DNA of 64,000 nucleotides, taken from assembly GCF_006345805.1 (NCBI RefSeq), contig NW_021832125.1, positions 1 to 64,000 on the forward strand, read 5' to 3'. Source of the stretch: Octopus sinensis. Taxonomy: Eukaryota. The position numbers and the translations under genes were made by a program. The notes below the pieces were generated by a model, which saw only the letters and a program-made list of their open reading frames with translations, was not told where the DNA came from and made no database searches. Below, one piece after another: positions 47,933 to 61,900 of this stretch (position 1 is the first letter of the stretch; every line of letters begins with the position of its first letter).

Positions 47933-50900
47933 GTAGTGTGATTCAAGAAAATAGCAGAGACTTAGCAAAGATAGAATAACTTCACGATATAAATTTTTTC
48001 GAATAAAAACTGTTTTCTTTAGTGTCATTTTTATGATGAATCTGTTTATAAATAACGTTGAAATCATTTATAGTTAGAGTAGGGTCCCTAACATTTCAGA
48101 GTTAAATAAATTTAGGTGAGTTGGAGGCGTTAGATAATGGAATCAATGCTGCCCTGACTGATTATATGCGAGATAATTTCAAACAGAACTCAGTGCAGGG
48201 TCAGTCAAATTCCACACTCCCGTACCGGGTCTTAAATAAAATTAGGTTTAAGCGCCGGCTATCCAGACTACGGGACAAATGCGTTTACGAGGAAAACCGT
48301 GTTTGGTTTCGTGGCTGGATTAGCCGGCTTCAAAGGGAGATCCGAAGAGAAATCCGTGAACTCGAAAGTTCACGGTGGGAGCGAGCCTGCAGACGCCCGC
48401 TTCCCAGACTTCTGGAAACAGTTGAAGAGCTTGTCGGGGAGAGGGGTAGCAAATTCAGTGCGCCTTAAACGCTCTGATGGAATCCTCGTTTCGTACCCGG
48501 TTGAGGTGGCTGAAATATTCTCGACCCACCTCGATGACATCTCTGGAACTTACGGAAGCCAGTTCGTGGAGACATCGTCCTTTGATACTGTCCAGCAGAT
48601 ATTGTCGTGGGACAAGCGCTGCCAGCCGGGCATATCAAGGAACGATGCGGGCGATATTTCCGAAGCGGAGATTCTGGCAGCAATCTCCCGAAATAAGAAC
48701 ACTGCGGCGGGTCTGGATCGGATCCCGGAACGTTTTCCTTTATATTAATTGGCCTTTTGAATCGGTATATTAATTATCGATTTTTTAACGGCTCGTATTC
48801 AACCGTATCTCATTATGAACCGGTCACAATAAATAATTGTTAAAAATTATTTGCGACACCTGAGTAAAGAAGCTTAAGAATCACTGATGTAAACAAATGT
48901 CGTTTTAAAAAATATGACTCTCATAAAAAATTTTAAATAATAAAAATTCATGGAACTTTACTGTAATTCAGAAAATGAGAATGATGTTTCGCTCATTACT
49001 GCAATAAGAAATTACAAAGAAATCTCCTTAAATCGGTTCAGACACAAATTACAAAGAAATCTCCTTAAATCGGTTCAGACACCTGGAGCAGCTGCCTCAA
49101 TCGCGGAAAACCTTAAAACCAAAAAATATTCCTTCCTCGGGGACCGCTACAGATTCACCCCTGTTGCGGCTGAGTCATCAGGAGCAGTTGGCCCAGCGAC
49201 TGCCGAGTTCTTGCGCGAACTCGGAAGAATGCTCGCCACAAAGAAGAATGATCCTCGTGAAGGAGTATGGCTAAGACAAAGGATCGGAATAGCCATACTC
49301 CGAGGGAACTCGCTTTCCATACAGGCAGCGGGCTTCCTCAATTGATTTCTCAAATCAATCTCTTCTCTTTCGATATAATAACTTTTCAAATAATTAATTA
49401 GTTGATTCCATAAAAAAAAATAATAAAAATTCACGAAGAACTGAAATAGAAATGGAACTTTACTGTAATTCAGAAAATGAGAATGATGTTTCGCTCATTA
49501 CTGCAATAAGAAATTACAAAGAAAAGTTAAAAAGAGCCAATAAAAAGGAATTTGGAGTGAATCTTTTAATAAAATTAAAGGTGTTTACTTCATTTTCTTT
49601 AATATTGATTTTTTCAAATTGGCCATGAAATTTGTATGTAAAAAAAAGGAAATTAAAGGAACAAAATCGAAAAATATCACCAAAATTATAAATAAGTAAA
49701 AAGGAGATTAAAGGAACAAAATCGAAAAATATCACAAAAATTATAAATAAGTAAAAAGGAGATTAATAGAAAAAAATCGAAAAATATCACAAACAGTATA
49801 AATAAGTAAAAAATGGAGATTAAAGGAAAAAATCGAAATATATCACAAACAGTATAAGTAAAAAGGAGATTAAAGGAATAAAATCTAAAAATATCACAAA
49901 AATGATGAACTTTCAAATAATTAAATCATTAAGAAAATACATCCTGAATTATTCCTTCTGAATTCAATTAAGATAAAAAAATTAAAGTGTAGCAAATAAT
50001 TAAGAGAGCACAACAAAGTAAATCAATAGCGTGCTCGCACGTAGCATAATTTATTAGGTATTAGGTTTGCCATTAAGAAATTAAGATAATTGACAATAAT
50101 TAATGAAAAAAACTTTATTTTTATTACAAAACAGTATTGAATGTCAGTAATTCTCAATTCCCTAAGGTAGATTCTTGTGGTGCATGTCGTTGGAACGAAA
50201 TTCTCTATCAATTTGTGGAAATACGGACTGCTCTACCGAAATATCAAATCATAACCCTTTACAAACGGTTGAGGACTCGGTCGACACAGTTGGTGGAGCG
50301 ATGCGTCATGAAAGCCAGAGGATCCATTCTCTCCGAGGTCTTCTCTCTTCTATCAAGAAGAGTGATCAATCACAATGGGCGCATGCAGTTCTGGAGTCAG
50401 TGAAGAGTCGGTTCAAACGTGTTCCGAGAGGCGGATGGTCTATTATTCTTGATGAGTTTGCTTCCAAGTTCCGTGAAATAGCCTCCATTACTGCTTTTAA
50501 AAATCTGGCATATTTGGGCACAAAAGTTTCCGAAAAGAGAGTCTCTTCTAGTCAGCAGTCCCATTCGGACGGGCGAACAACCCCGCCATTTGTTGAGCTT
50601 CCCTGGTTAAACGATGCAAGGAGGAATTTGTCAATGCTTATCGCTGCGTGAAGGAGTTGGACCGGACTGAGAGAAGGCCAACGAAGAAGATCCCACACTC
50701 ATACGTGGATGAATGCATAATGTCTGGATTGAAAAAAATAGTTGCTGAGTTTACAGCGACCAATCCCCCGACCTGTATTGACGAAATCTCGGATATAATA
50801 TATTCAGGTCAAGTGGCCTATGAGAAGTTGACTATGAGGAACCCTGCTAAGAAAGATTCAGTGGACTCTTTTGATAAGATTATTTGCGAACTGAAGGAAA

Positions 50901-52940
50901 AACTAGAACTTATTACAAAATTCTTTGAAAAAGTTGACCAAGGAGGAAAAACCAAAGGCAGGCAAATGCATTATCATCATTTGGGTACAGGAAAGTTCAG
51001 AATAAGCAGACTAGATTGGTGTCCTTAATAAATGACAGGATTAAGATTGTGGAAAAAAGAAAGGAATTATTTAAGTCGAGGAGGAAGTTCCGCTCTGATA
51101 ATATGAACTTTGAGTTAAACCGAAGAAGGTTTTACAGGAACCTTGAATCTAAAGAGCCAGTTACTACCCAAAATCTTGATGAGGAAGAGTGTGCTGAATT
51201 CTGGGAGAGTGTATGGAAACCTAAAAACGTCTTAAACGGTGATTATCCGCTTCTCCGAAGAATTACTGGAGTGAGAATGACCCGATTAAGATTAATGAGG
51301 AGCTGTTAACGGATTTTATTAAATTTCTACCCAAATGGAAGGCAGCTGGGTGTGATGGAGTATTTAATTACTTCATCAAGAAGCTTGATTGTCTTCACAA
51401 ATTTATTTATGCAGAAATAATGAGGATTATTGGAAATAATTATTACCCTGGAGAGTGGTTCTATACTGGGGTAACCTACAGTGCTGGTAGAAAAAAACCG
51501 GTTTTGCAGTTACTAACTTTTTTTTTGCGGATAGCATTTATTTTTTTAACTGAATTGAACTTTGTAGTTGATTAGATTTATAATTTTTTTTATTTATAAA
51601 AAATTCCATTAATCGTTTAAAATTCTGAAGATTTAAATTTTAGCGTGTGAATAAAAAACCGGTTTGTATTATTGAGTGACATTTTAGTAGTTGAATTTTT
51701 AGTTTTATAAGCAAATGTTAAATAAAATAATTAAAGGGAAGATTCTTGCTCTTTATAAGTTAAATTGGACGATAAAAGATATCGCAGATCATCTAAATAC
51801 TCCAAAATCGACAATCGGAGATTTTCTTCGAAAAATCAAAAAATATGGAACTATTGATAGGATTCCTGGTTCTGGACGTCCTAAAAAGCTTCAAAAAACA
51901 GACGTTAAAATTTTATTGCATCTTGTTGAGTGCGATCCAAAAAAATCTTCTAACACGTTGAGGAATGAAATAAACGATTTAACTGGTAAGAGTGTCTGTA
52001 GAAAGACAATTGGAACTTATTTAAATTCCAATTTTCTCTTCGGAAGAGTATGTCAACCGTAAACCGTTGCTTTCAAAGAAAAACATAATAAAAAGATATG
52101 AATTGTCAAAAATTTTTATTCGGATGAACAATGACGCATGGAAAACTATTATTTTCTCTGATGAAGAATCTTGTTAGATTTTTAATACTAAAAAAGGCAA
52201 TACAGTTATCGAACAAAAAGTTCACGTTATGAATTGAGCCATATTACGCCGACAATAAAATTTGGCGGAGGCAGTGTTATGGTTTGGGGCTGTATCTCCT
52301 ATCAAGGAGTGGCAATTTAGTTTTTATTAATGGAACCCTCAATTCCGCTAAATATATAAATGTTATAACGAATAATTTGTTCGTTTCGGCGCGAAAAATG
52401 GGACTAAATCAGTTCACTTTCCAACAAGATTTGGCTCCCTGTCATCAATCTGCATTGACAACCAAGTTTTTTGAAGAAAATAAAGTTCCAATTCTTGTTT
52501 TTAATTTGAGAGTAAAAAACCGTTTTTTCGGTTCCATCTTCATTTTCTATCATTATTTTATTTAGGGAAATTAATTCTTTGATAGTAAAAGTTTTTTCGA
52601 AGAAAAAAGATTCTAATTTCCTTTTTTTAGTTTTTTGATTTGTATCAAAATCTTTTTTTAATAGTACGTGATCTCCAACTTTAAAATTTTCGATTTGGCA
52701 ATTTTGGAGTAAACTATTTCTTTCCATACGAGAAATGTATGATTCATTTGTAATGTCTTCTGTTTCAGTTTCCTCTAAGCTTGCTTCCTGGTCAAAGTAG
52801 GAAACATTATATCCTCGCGTATTAAAAAATGACATAAATGGTGATAGTTTAGTTGCAGAATGTACAGAAATATTGTATCTATATACTACATTGCTTAATG
52901 CAGCAGTCCATATCTTTTCTTTTCCAAATAGTTCCTTTTG
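47933..52940 (+). repeat. Segmental duplication copy 2 (= 33021-39664 without the Tc1 at 34932-36560)
   Basis: Near-identical sequence and ORFs (e.g. 48121-48468 = 33208-33555; 50175-50651 = 36897-37373). Confidence 0.95.
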
Positions 52941-55900
52941 TCGTGGGACAAGCGCTGCCAGCCGGGCATATCAAGGAACGATGCGGGCGATATTTCCGAA
53001 GCGGAGATTCTGGCAGCAATCTCCCGAAATAAGAACACTGCGGCGGGTCTGGATCGGATCCCGGAACGTTTTCCTTTATATTAATTGGCCTTTTGAATCG
53101 GTATATTAATTATCGATTTTTTAACGGCTCGTATTCAACCGTATCTCATTATGAACCGGTCACAATAAATAATTGTTAAAAATTATTTGCGACACCTGAG
53201 TAAAGAAGCTTAAGAATCACTGCAATAAGAAATTACAAAGAAATCTCCTTAAATCGGTTCAGACACAAATTACAAAGAAATCTCCTTAAATCGGTTCAGA
53301 CACCTGGAGCAGCTGCCTCAATCGCGGAAAACCTTAAAACCAAAAAATATTCCTTCCTCGGGGACCGCTACAGATTCACCCCTGTTGCGGCTGAGTCATC
53401 AGGAGCAGTTGGCCCAGCGACTGCCGAGTTCTTGCGCGAACTCGGAAGAATGCTCGCCACAAAGAAGAATGATCCTCGTGAAGGAGTATGGCTAAGACAA
53501 AGGATCGGAATAGCCATACTCCGAGGGAACTCGCTTTCCATACAGGCAGCGGGCTTCCTCAATTGATTTCTCAAATCAATCTCTTCTCTTTCGATATAAT
53601 AACTTTTCAAATAATTAATTAGTTGATTCCATAAAAAAAAAAAATAAAAATTCACGAAGAACTGAAATAGAAATGGAACTTTACTGTAATTCAGAAAATG
53701 AGAATGATGTTTCGCTCATTACTGCAATAAGAAATTACAAAGAAAAGTTAAAAAGAGCCAATAAAAAGGAATTTGGAGTGAATCTTTTAATAAAATTTAA
53801 AGGTGTTTACTTCATTTTCTTTAATATTGATTTTTTCAAATTGGCCATGAAATTTGTATGTAAAAAAAAGGAAATTAAAGGAACAAAATCGAAAAATATC
53901 ACCAAAATTATAAATAAGTAAAAAAGGAGATTAAAGGAACAAAATCGAAAAATATCACAAAAATTATAAATAAGTAAAAAAGGAGATTAATAGAAAAAAA
54001 TCGAAAAATATCACAAACAGTATAAATAAGTAAAAAATGGAGATTAAAGGAAAAAAATCGAAATATATCACAAACAGTATAAGTAAAAAAGGAGATTAAA
54101 GGAATAAAATCTAAAAATATCACAAAAATGATGAACTTTCAAATAATTAAATCATTAAAAGAAAATACATCCTGAATTATTCCTTCTGAATTCAATTAAG
54201 ATAAAAAAATTAAAGTGTAGCAAATAATTAAGAGAGCACAACAAAGTAAATCAATAGCGTGCTCGCACGTAGCATAATTTATTAGGTATTAGGTTTGCCA
54301 TTAAGAAATTAAGATAATTGACAATAATTAATGAAAAAAACTTTATTTTTATTACAAAACAGTATTGAATGTCAGTAATTCTCAATTCCCTAAGGTAGAT
54401 TCTTGTGGTGCATGTCGTTGGAACGAAATTCTCTATCAATTTGTGGAAATACGGACTGCTCTACCGAAATATCAAATCATAACCCTTTACAAACGGTTGA
54501 GGACTCGGTCGACACAGTTGGTGGAGCGATGCGTCATGAAAGCCAGAGGATCCATTCTCTCCGAGGTCTTCTCTCTTCTATCAAGAAGAGTGATCAATCA
54601 CAATGGGCGCATGCAGTTCTGGAGTCAGTGAAGAGTCGGTTCAAACGTGTTCCGAGAGGCGGATGGTCTATTATTCTTGATGAGTTTGCTTCCAAGTTCC
54701 GTGAAATAGCCTCCATTACTGCTTTTAAAAATCTGGCATATTTGGGCACAAAAGTTTCCGAAAAGAGAGTCTCTTCTAGTCAGCAGTCCCATTCGGACGG
54801 GCGAACAACCCCGCCATTTGTTGAGCTTCCCTGGTTAAACGATGCAAGGAGGAATTTGTCAATGCTTATCGCTGCGTGAAGGAGTTGGACCGGACTGAGA
54901 GAAGGCCAACGAAGAAGATCCCACACTCATACGTGGATGAATGCATAATGTCTGGATTGAAAAAAATAGTTGCTGAGTTTACAGCGACCAATCCCCCGAC
55001 CTGTATTGACGAAATCTCGGATATAATATATTCAGGTCAAGTGGCCTATGAGAAGTTGACTATGAGGAACCCTGCTAAGAAAGATTCAGTGGACTCTTTT
55101 GATAAGATTATTTGCGAACTGAAGGAAAAACTAGAACTTATTACAAAATTCTTTGAAAAAGTTGACCAAGGAGGAAAAACCAAAGGCGGCAAATGCATTA
55201 TCATCATTTGGGTACAGGAAAGTTCAGAATAAGCAGACTAGATTGGTGTCCTTAATAAATGACAGGATTAAGATTGTGGAAAAAAGAAAGGAATTATTTA
55301 AGTCGAGGAGGAAGTTCCGCTCTGATAATATGAACTTTGAGTTAAACCGAAGAAGGTTTTACAGGAACCTTGAATCTAAAGAGCCAGTTACTACCCAAAA
55401 TCTTGATGAGGAAGAGTGTGCTGAATTCTGGGAGAGTGTATGGAAACCTAAAAACGTCTTAAACGGTGATTATCCGCTTCTCCGAAGAATTACTGGAGTT
55501 GAGAATGACCCGATTAAGATTAATGAGGAGCTGTTAACGGATTTTATTAAATTTCTACCCAAATGGAAGGCAGCTGGGTGTGATGGAGTATTTAATTACT
55601 TCATCAAGAAGCTTGATTGTCTTCACAAATTTATTTATGCAGAAATAATGAGGATTATTGGAAATAATTATTACCCTGGAGAGTGGTTCTATACTGGGGT
55701 AACCTACAGTGCTGGTAGAAAAAAACCGGTTTTGCAGTTACTAACTTTTTTTGGCGGATAGCATTTATTTTTTTAACTGAATTGAACTCTTTGTAGTTGA
55801 TTAGATTTATAATTTTTTTTATTTATAAAAAATTCCATTAATCGTTTAAAATTCTGAAGATTTAAATTTTAGCGTGTGAATAAAAAACCGGTTTGTATTA

Positions 55901-58900
55901 TTGAGTGACATTTTAGTAGTTGAATTTTTAGTTTTATAAGCAAATGTTAAATAAAATAATTAAAGGGAAGATTCTTGCTCTTTATAAGTTAAATTGGACG
56001 ATAAAAGATATCGCAGATCATCTAAATACTCCAAAATCGACAATCGGAGATTTTCTTCGAAAAATCAAAAAATATGGAACTATTGATAGGATTCCTGGTT
56101 CTGGACGTCCTAAAAAGCTTCAAAAAACAGACGTTAAAATTTTATTGCATCTTGTTGAGTGCGATCCAAAAAAATCTTCTAACACGTTGAGGAATGAAAT
56201 AAACGATTTAACTGGTAAGAGTGTCTGTAGAAAGACAATTGGAACTTATTTAAATTCCAATTTTCTCTTCGGAAGAGTATGTCAACGTAAACCGTTGCTT
56301 TCAAAGAAAAACATAATAAAAAGATATGAATTGTCAAAAATTTTTATTCGGATGAACAATGACGCATGGAAAACTATTATTTTCTCTGATGAAGAATCTT
56401 GTTAGATTTTTAATACTAAAAAAGGCAATACAGTTATCGAACAAAAAGTTCACGTTATGAATTGAGCCATATTACGCCGACAATAAAATTTGGCGGAGGC
56501 AGTGTTATGGTTTGGGGCTGTATCTCCTATCAAGGAGTGGCAATTTAGTTTTTATTAATGGAACCCTCAATTCCGCTAAATATATAAATGTTATAACGAA
56601 TAATTTGTTCGTTTCGGCGCGAAAAATGGGACTAAATCAGTTCACTTTCCAACAAGATTTGGCTCCCTGTCATCAATCTGCATTGACAACCAAGTTTTTT
56701 GAAGAAAATAAAGTTCCAATTCTTGTTTTTAATTTGAGAGTAAAAAACCGTTTTTTCGGTTCCATCTTCATTTTCTATCATTATTTTATTTAGGGAAATT
56801 AATTCTTTGATAGTAAAAGTTTTTTCGAAGAAAAAAGATTCTAATTTCCTTTTTTTAGTTTTTTGATTTGTATCAAAATCTTTTTTTAATAGTACGTGAT
56901 CTCCAACTTTAAAATTTTCGATTTGGCAATTTTGGAGTAAACTATTTCTTTCCATACGAGAAATGTATGATTCATTTGTAATGTCTTCTGTTTCAGTTTC
57001 CTCTAAGCTTGCTTCCTGGTCAAAGTAGGAAACATTATATCCTCGCGTATTAAAAAATGACATAAATGGTGATAGTTTAGTTGCAGAATGTACAGAAATA
57101 TTGTATCTATATACTACATTGCTTAATGCAGCAGTCCATATCTTTTCTTTTCCAAATAGTTCCTTTTGAAGCCATCTGCAGAGAGTTTGGTTCCAACGCT
57201 CTACTTGGCCTTGAGACTCGGGATGCCTTGGTCGTCCTCTCTTATGGATTATTTTAAATTGTTGGCATAAGGAATCTATTTCCGAATTCACAAATTCTTT
57301 TCCATTGTCAGTTTGGATTATTTTTGGGGGGCCATGAGATTCAAAAATACGTCTTAGGGACTCTGATACTGTAACAGCTTCCTTATTGAGAATAGCTCTT
57401 GCAAAACAGAATTTGGAATAAATGTCGATTACATTCATTAGATACATATATGAATTATTGAAAGAAGAATAAAGTGATAGATCAACCAAATCAATCTGGT
57501 ACCTAGAATAAATGATTAAAGAAACCGTTCTCGTGGTGATTTTGCTACAATATGAACAATTGTAGACTTATTTTTAATCAATGGATCAGTTTGTTTGCAT
57601 TTTGGGCACATAGAAGTTACTTCTCTGATTATGAATCTTTTTATAAGAAGAAAATTATTTCTGCAGTATTCTTCCATCTTGTTTAATCCAAAGTGAAACT
57701 GAGAATGAATCCGATCACAATGATATTTCATTGTTTCGTGATCATTCAAACAAATTACTTGCTTATTTTCACCATTTATTTCATTAAAATAAAGTGTTCC
57801 TGAAATGAGATAGGAAAATACCTCCGATTAAAATGAAATTCTTGCATTTTTGTAAAAATCTTGATCTTTGTGTTCTTGACAATCGCTCTGGAAATTTCTC
57901 ATGTTGTAAATACTGAAGAATATCATTATATTCATTATCATCTTTGACTGCATTAGCTATTCTAATCGAATCGAGATGGTTTTTCGAGCGGATATCCCTT
58001 GCGATAGTACGCTCTAACTCTTTCTCGATCGCGTCGGCTTCCCGCCCTTGAAGCTTTTAATTAATTAACTTGTAGTTATTGGTTGGTTTGTTCTAATAAT
58101 TAAACTAAATTAAAAAAAAATAGTTACCGGCAGACAACAATTAAATGACATTTGAAGGTTAAAATGCAAGGCCAAATTGTTACACGTCTGGCGCCCGTTT
58201 CAGTTATGGCGCGTGACATTTATTAACCATGCGGAAGTGTACTCGGTTATCTTTTGAGGAAAAGCAAAGAATTTTAAATTTCATTGATGAAAATAAGGCT
58301 CTTAGCTTAAATCGAATTGCCTCAATTTTCTCGATTATTTTGAAGAAAAAAATTTCCAGAAGATGCCTAAACAATCTAAAAATAAATAAAAGCGAAATAG
58401 CCTCTATTAATCCAATTTTTGGGGGAAAAAGTCGTTTATCTTGCGGAAAATTCCCTGCACTAGAATCGGAAGTTGTATCTTGGCAAATAGAATTGGCTGG
58501 AGGATTTCTTGATGACAATGCAATTTTATTAAAAGCAAAAAGTATTGCAAGATTGCATGGAATAACTGATTTTATGGGAAGCAATGGATGGCTTTCCAGA
58601 TTCAAAAAGAGAAACAATTGGATGGCTTCCAGATTCAAAGCTCAAGGACTCGAGAGAGGGCCTCTGGTTCCGCCAGCGCATCGGCCTGGCCATTGTTCGG
58701 GGCAACGCACACTGCGTCCTCGCCGCTGGAACTTAACGATTTTCGGTGTTAGTTGTTTTTGTAAAATAAAAAAAAATTAAAAAAAAAATTAAAAAAAAAA
58801 TTTAAAATTAAGATTATTCCACGGAGAATCTGGCTCAATAACTGAAAATCTAAATGAGCAAATTGAAAAATTTCAAATAATTTTATCTACGAAATTACAA

Positions 58901-61900
58901 CAATATGATCGTGAAAATGTTTACAATGGTGACGAAACTGGTGTTTTTTATAAAAATGTTCCTTCAAAAAGCATTTGCTCAAAAACTCGACCTGGAAATA
59001 AAATCCTTAAAGATCGGTTGAAACTTTATTAATCATTAGTAGATTTTCGCTATTTCTGTGTACAAATATGGCCGGGTCAGATAAGAAAATTCCATTAATG
59101 ATTGGGAAATATCAGAAACCAAGATGTTTTAAAAACATTAAAATTGAGAAATATTTAAAATACTGTAATTCCTCAAAAGCATGGATGACTCAAAAAATTT
59201 TTAATGAATGGCTTTATCATTGGGATATTGAATTAAAAAAGAAAAAAAGAAAAATTCTTTTAATTATTGACCAATGCCCATCACATAAAATATTAATCGA
59301 ATTAAAATTTATTGAAATTCTTTTTCTTCCTCCGAACACCTCAACAATATTGCAGCCGATGGATCAAGGAATAATTCGTTCCTTTAAAACTAAATTCAAT
59401 AAGTTCAAATTTAATGAGATTCTTCAGAAAATTGAATGCGGATATGGCATTCATGAATCATACAAAAATTTAACACTTAAAGATGGAGTTTTATTTACCT
59501 ATTTTGGTTGGAATAAAGTCACCGAAGAAACTATCAAAAATTGCTTCAGGCATGCTAAGTGGATTCCACGTAAAGAGCAAATTCAATCTTCTAACTATAC
59601 GATTGAGAAATATGAGGAGACAATAAAGCAATTGAATATTTTGGATCCAATGGAACAATCAGATTTTCTTGATTACACGTACACTGAAATAGACGAAGTG
59701 GAAGAATCCCTCGAAAACGATGATGACGTAAATGAGAAACAAACACGTGGTATTTTTGAAGAGAAAACACCTGCGAATGAAATAAATCATGAAGATGCGT
59801 TTAAAATGTTGCATAATATAAAAAAGTACTATACTCAAGACGATACTTTTAATATTAACGCAATCCAAATGATCAATCAATTAATCAAAGATACGATATT
59901 TACTAAAAAACAACATTGAACGATTATTTTAGTCTAAATTCGTAATTTGACTCTTTATTTTCGAAATAATGATTTTTTTATTATTTAATTTAATTATTTT
60001 TAATTTTGTGAATATAAAATTTGATTAAAAATTGATATTGATTATTAAGTTACTCGCCAAATTCAGTTACTCGCCATTTTTGGCTTGGTCCCAAATTTGG
60101 CGAGTAAACGGGGTTTGACTGTATTCAGAAGTTAATTGATAGTATGCCTAAAAGGTCATACGAGCTATTTATTACTCGAGGATACCACACAACATATAAA
60201 CTGTTGATTTTGTTAACTCTTTTTGTTAAAACCGGTTTTTTATTCACATGCAAAAATTTAAATTTTTAAAATTTCCGCCGATTATTGAAATTTTTTAAAA
60301 TTAAAAAAGAGTATACATATAATCAACTTCAAACTCTTTATTTCATTTAAAAAATTAATAGCTATACGCCAAAAAAAATTATTAACTGCAAAACCGGTTT
60401 TTTTCTACCAGCACTGTATTTGGTTCCAAAGTGTAAGAACCTGACTTCTCCAAAGGAGTTGAGGCCTATAACATGCATGCCGTCACTGTATAAGTTGATG
60501 ACTAAAACGGTCATTGATGTCTATAGCAGGTTGGTTAGTTAAAAAAATCTTTATAGATTTGCCTTCGCTAGGCCTCTTTATAATAAGTCAGGCAAAAAAA
60601 TATCGGAAAATTTAAAATCATTATTTTATTCAAATTCTTCAGTCAGACAATGGATAAGTCCCAGTCATGTTGTGCGCCAATATGTCAGGAACACATAAGT
60701 TAAAAGCACTATTGATCGGGAAACCAAAATTGCCCAGATGTTTCAAGAATTATAATTCCTTTCAAAAGGGCTTGGATGACAGCATCAATTTTTGCGAACT
60801 GGATTACGAATTTTGACAATTTATTGAAAATTGAAAATAGATAAATTTGTTATTAATCAATGTGACCGGCACATTAATGGACCGATTGCATAAATTGCAA
60901 AATAAATTATATAAATAAATATTAACCCATTGTAGAGATATGTTTTTATATAAATTGTAGCATAATTTTATATTTTTTATTATTTTTTATTTACACGTGT
61001 TTGATGCGTTTGTTGGAATTGACTAGGGAACAACTTGAAAAAATTGACAAATTCCAAATTTCATCAATAGCTGAGAATTCATTAGACAAGAAACAACGAT
61101 TTCGATTAAAAGAGCTATCGCAAAAATTTGTTTTTGAAGACGGTAAAGCGTTTTTACTGAAGGGTGACCTAAAATTACGGTTCTTTGCAGTTGAAGATAA
61201 GGAACTGAAATTAAGATAATTGAGGTAGTTTATCTGCTTTATTGAAGTCTGAGCATAATAAAAACCATTTTGGCCGAGATAGACTTAGTAGTATGTGGAG
61301 GAATACTTTCTATAACATAATGAAAGAAGATATCCGCTTTGTTTTAGACTAGGGGTCGGCAAATCGCGGCCCAAATTAGGCCCAGGAAGATTTAAAAATG
61401 GCCCGCGAACAAATTTTATAATATTAAGGGAAATTGGCCCGCCGACAAATTTTTCCAACTAACATGGCCCGCGGGCAAATTTAGTAAAGTACTAGATTCT
61501 AGTACTAGGAGAAAAGAATTATGATGCTTCATATTTCCGAAATACTGATAATATTTCCAAATTGGCATTTTTTGTAGACATAACTTCACATCTAAATGAC
61601 TTAAATTTGAAACTGCAGGGAAGTAATAAATTTATACACCAAATGTATGCCGAAATCACTGGTTTTGAAAATAAATTGAAGTTGTGGGAATTACAGTTAC
61701 AAAAAGGAAACATGACGCATTTTGTGACTTTTCTTTCTACGAATCCGACTGATGTTCCGGAATATGCAAACATAGTTATGGAATTGAGATCAGAATTTTC
61801 ATCACGTTTTATGGATTTAAGAGTGAAATGCGCATATATAATTTTTTAGGCTCATAAAAATCTTTTCAACATTTTTTCAATCCCATTTGATGTTGAAACT

